64,000 nt of DNA from assembly GCF_004010195.1 (NCBI RefSeq), contig NC_057738.1, positions 41,693,693-41,757,692 on the forward strand, written 5' to 3'. Source of the stretch: Chiloscyllium plagiosum. Lineage: Eukaryota. Within the stretch, counting starts at the first letter, position 1, and every line of letters begins with the position of its first letter. The position numbers and the translations under genes were made by a program. A model generated the notes under the pieces. That model searched no databases and was not told the origin of the DNA. It saw nothing but the letters and a program-made list of their open reading frames with translations. Positions 63,900 to 64,000 of the stretch are shown here, piece by piece.

Positions 63900-64000
63900 C
63901 TCAGTGTTTTTTAAAATTAAGAGTCACTCATCCTTTCAGGGCAGAGATGAGAAGAAATGCTTGCTGTCACTGAGTTGTGCAACCTGTGTGATTCCTTATC
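63900..64000 (+). repeat. Exact direct repeat of 63050-63150 (old CR1 fragment)
   Basis: 101 of 101 bases identical up to the window edge. Confidence 0.95.

Noticed and set aside
1-64000. CRISPR arrays, operons, rRNA genes
   Set aside because: No regularly spaced repeat-spacer array or rRNA similarity; the sequence is vertebrate repeat-rich DNA.

Overview
Eukaryotic, repeat-dominated, apparently intronic or intergenic DNA with three N gaps (19629-19813, 30909-31121, 55314-55918). The repeat mix points to a cartilaginous fish, probably a shark (inference): HER1-like CR1 LINEs, HE1-like V-SINEs, SacSINE1-like DeuSINEs, Rex/Babar fragments and many Penelope-like elements (PLEs). I recognise no host gene; there are only weak minus-strand exon candidates. 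The one clearly intact reading frame is a CR1 ORF1 (zinc finger, leucine zipper, SGNH esterase) running off the left edge, which the ORF track missed. The most striking signal is a set of more than 20 PLE-derived pieces in four sequence families (my labels A-D). Each family carries a minimal type I hammerhead-ribozyme motif, and helix I and helix II covary between families. Several pieces are tiny 85-230 bp insertions with their own target-site duplications, some as head-to-head hairpins with a fixed 35-40 nt fold-back tail. Repeat boundaries were judged by eye and are approximate unless a TSD is quoted.
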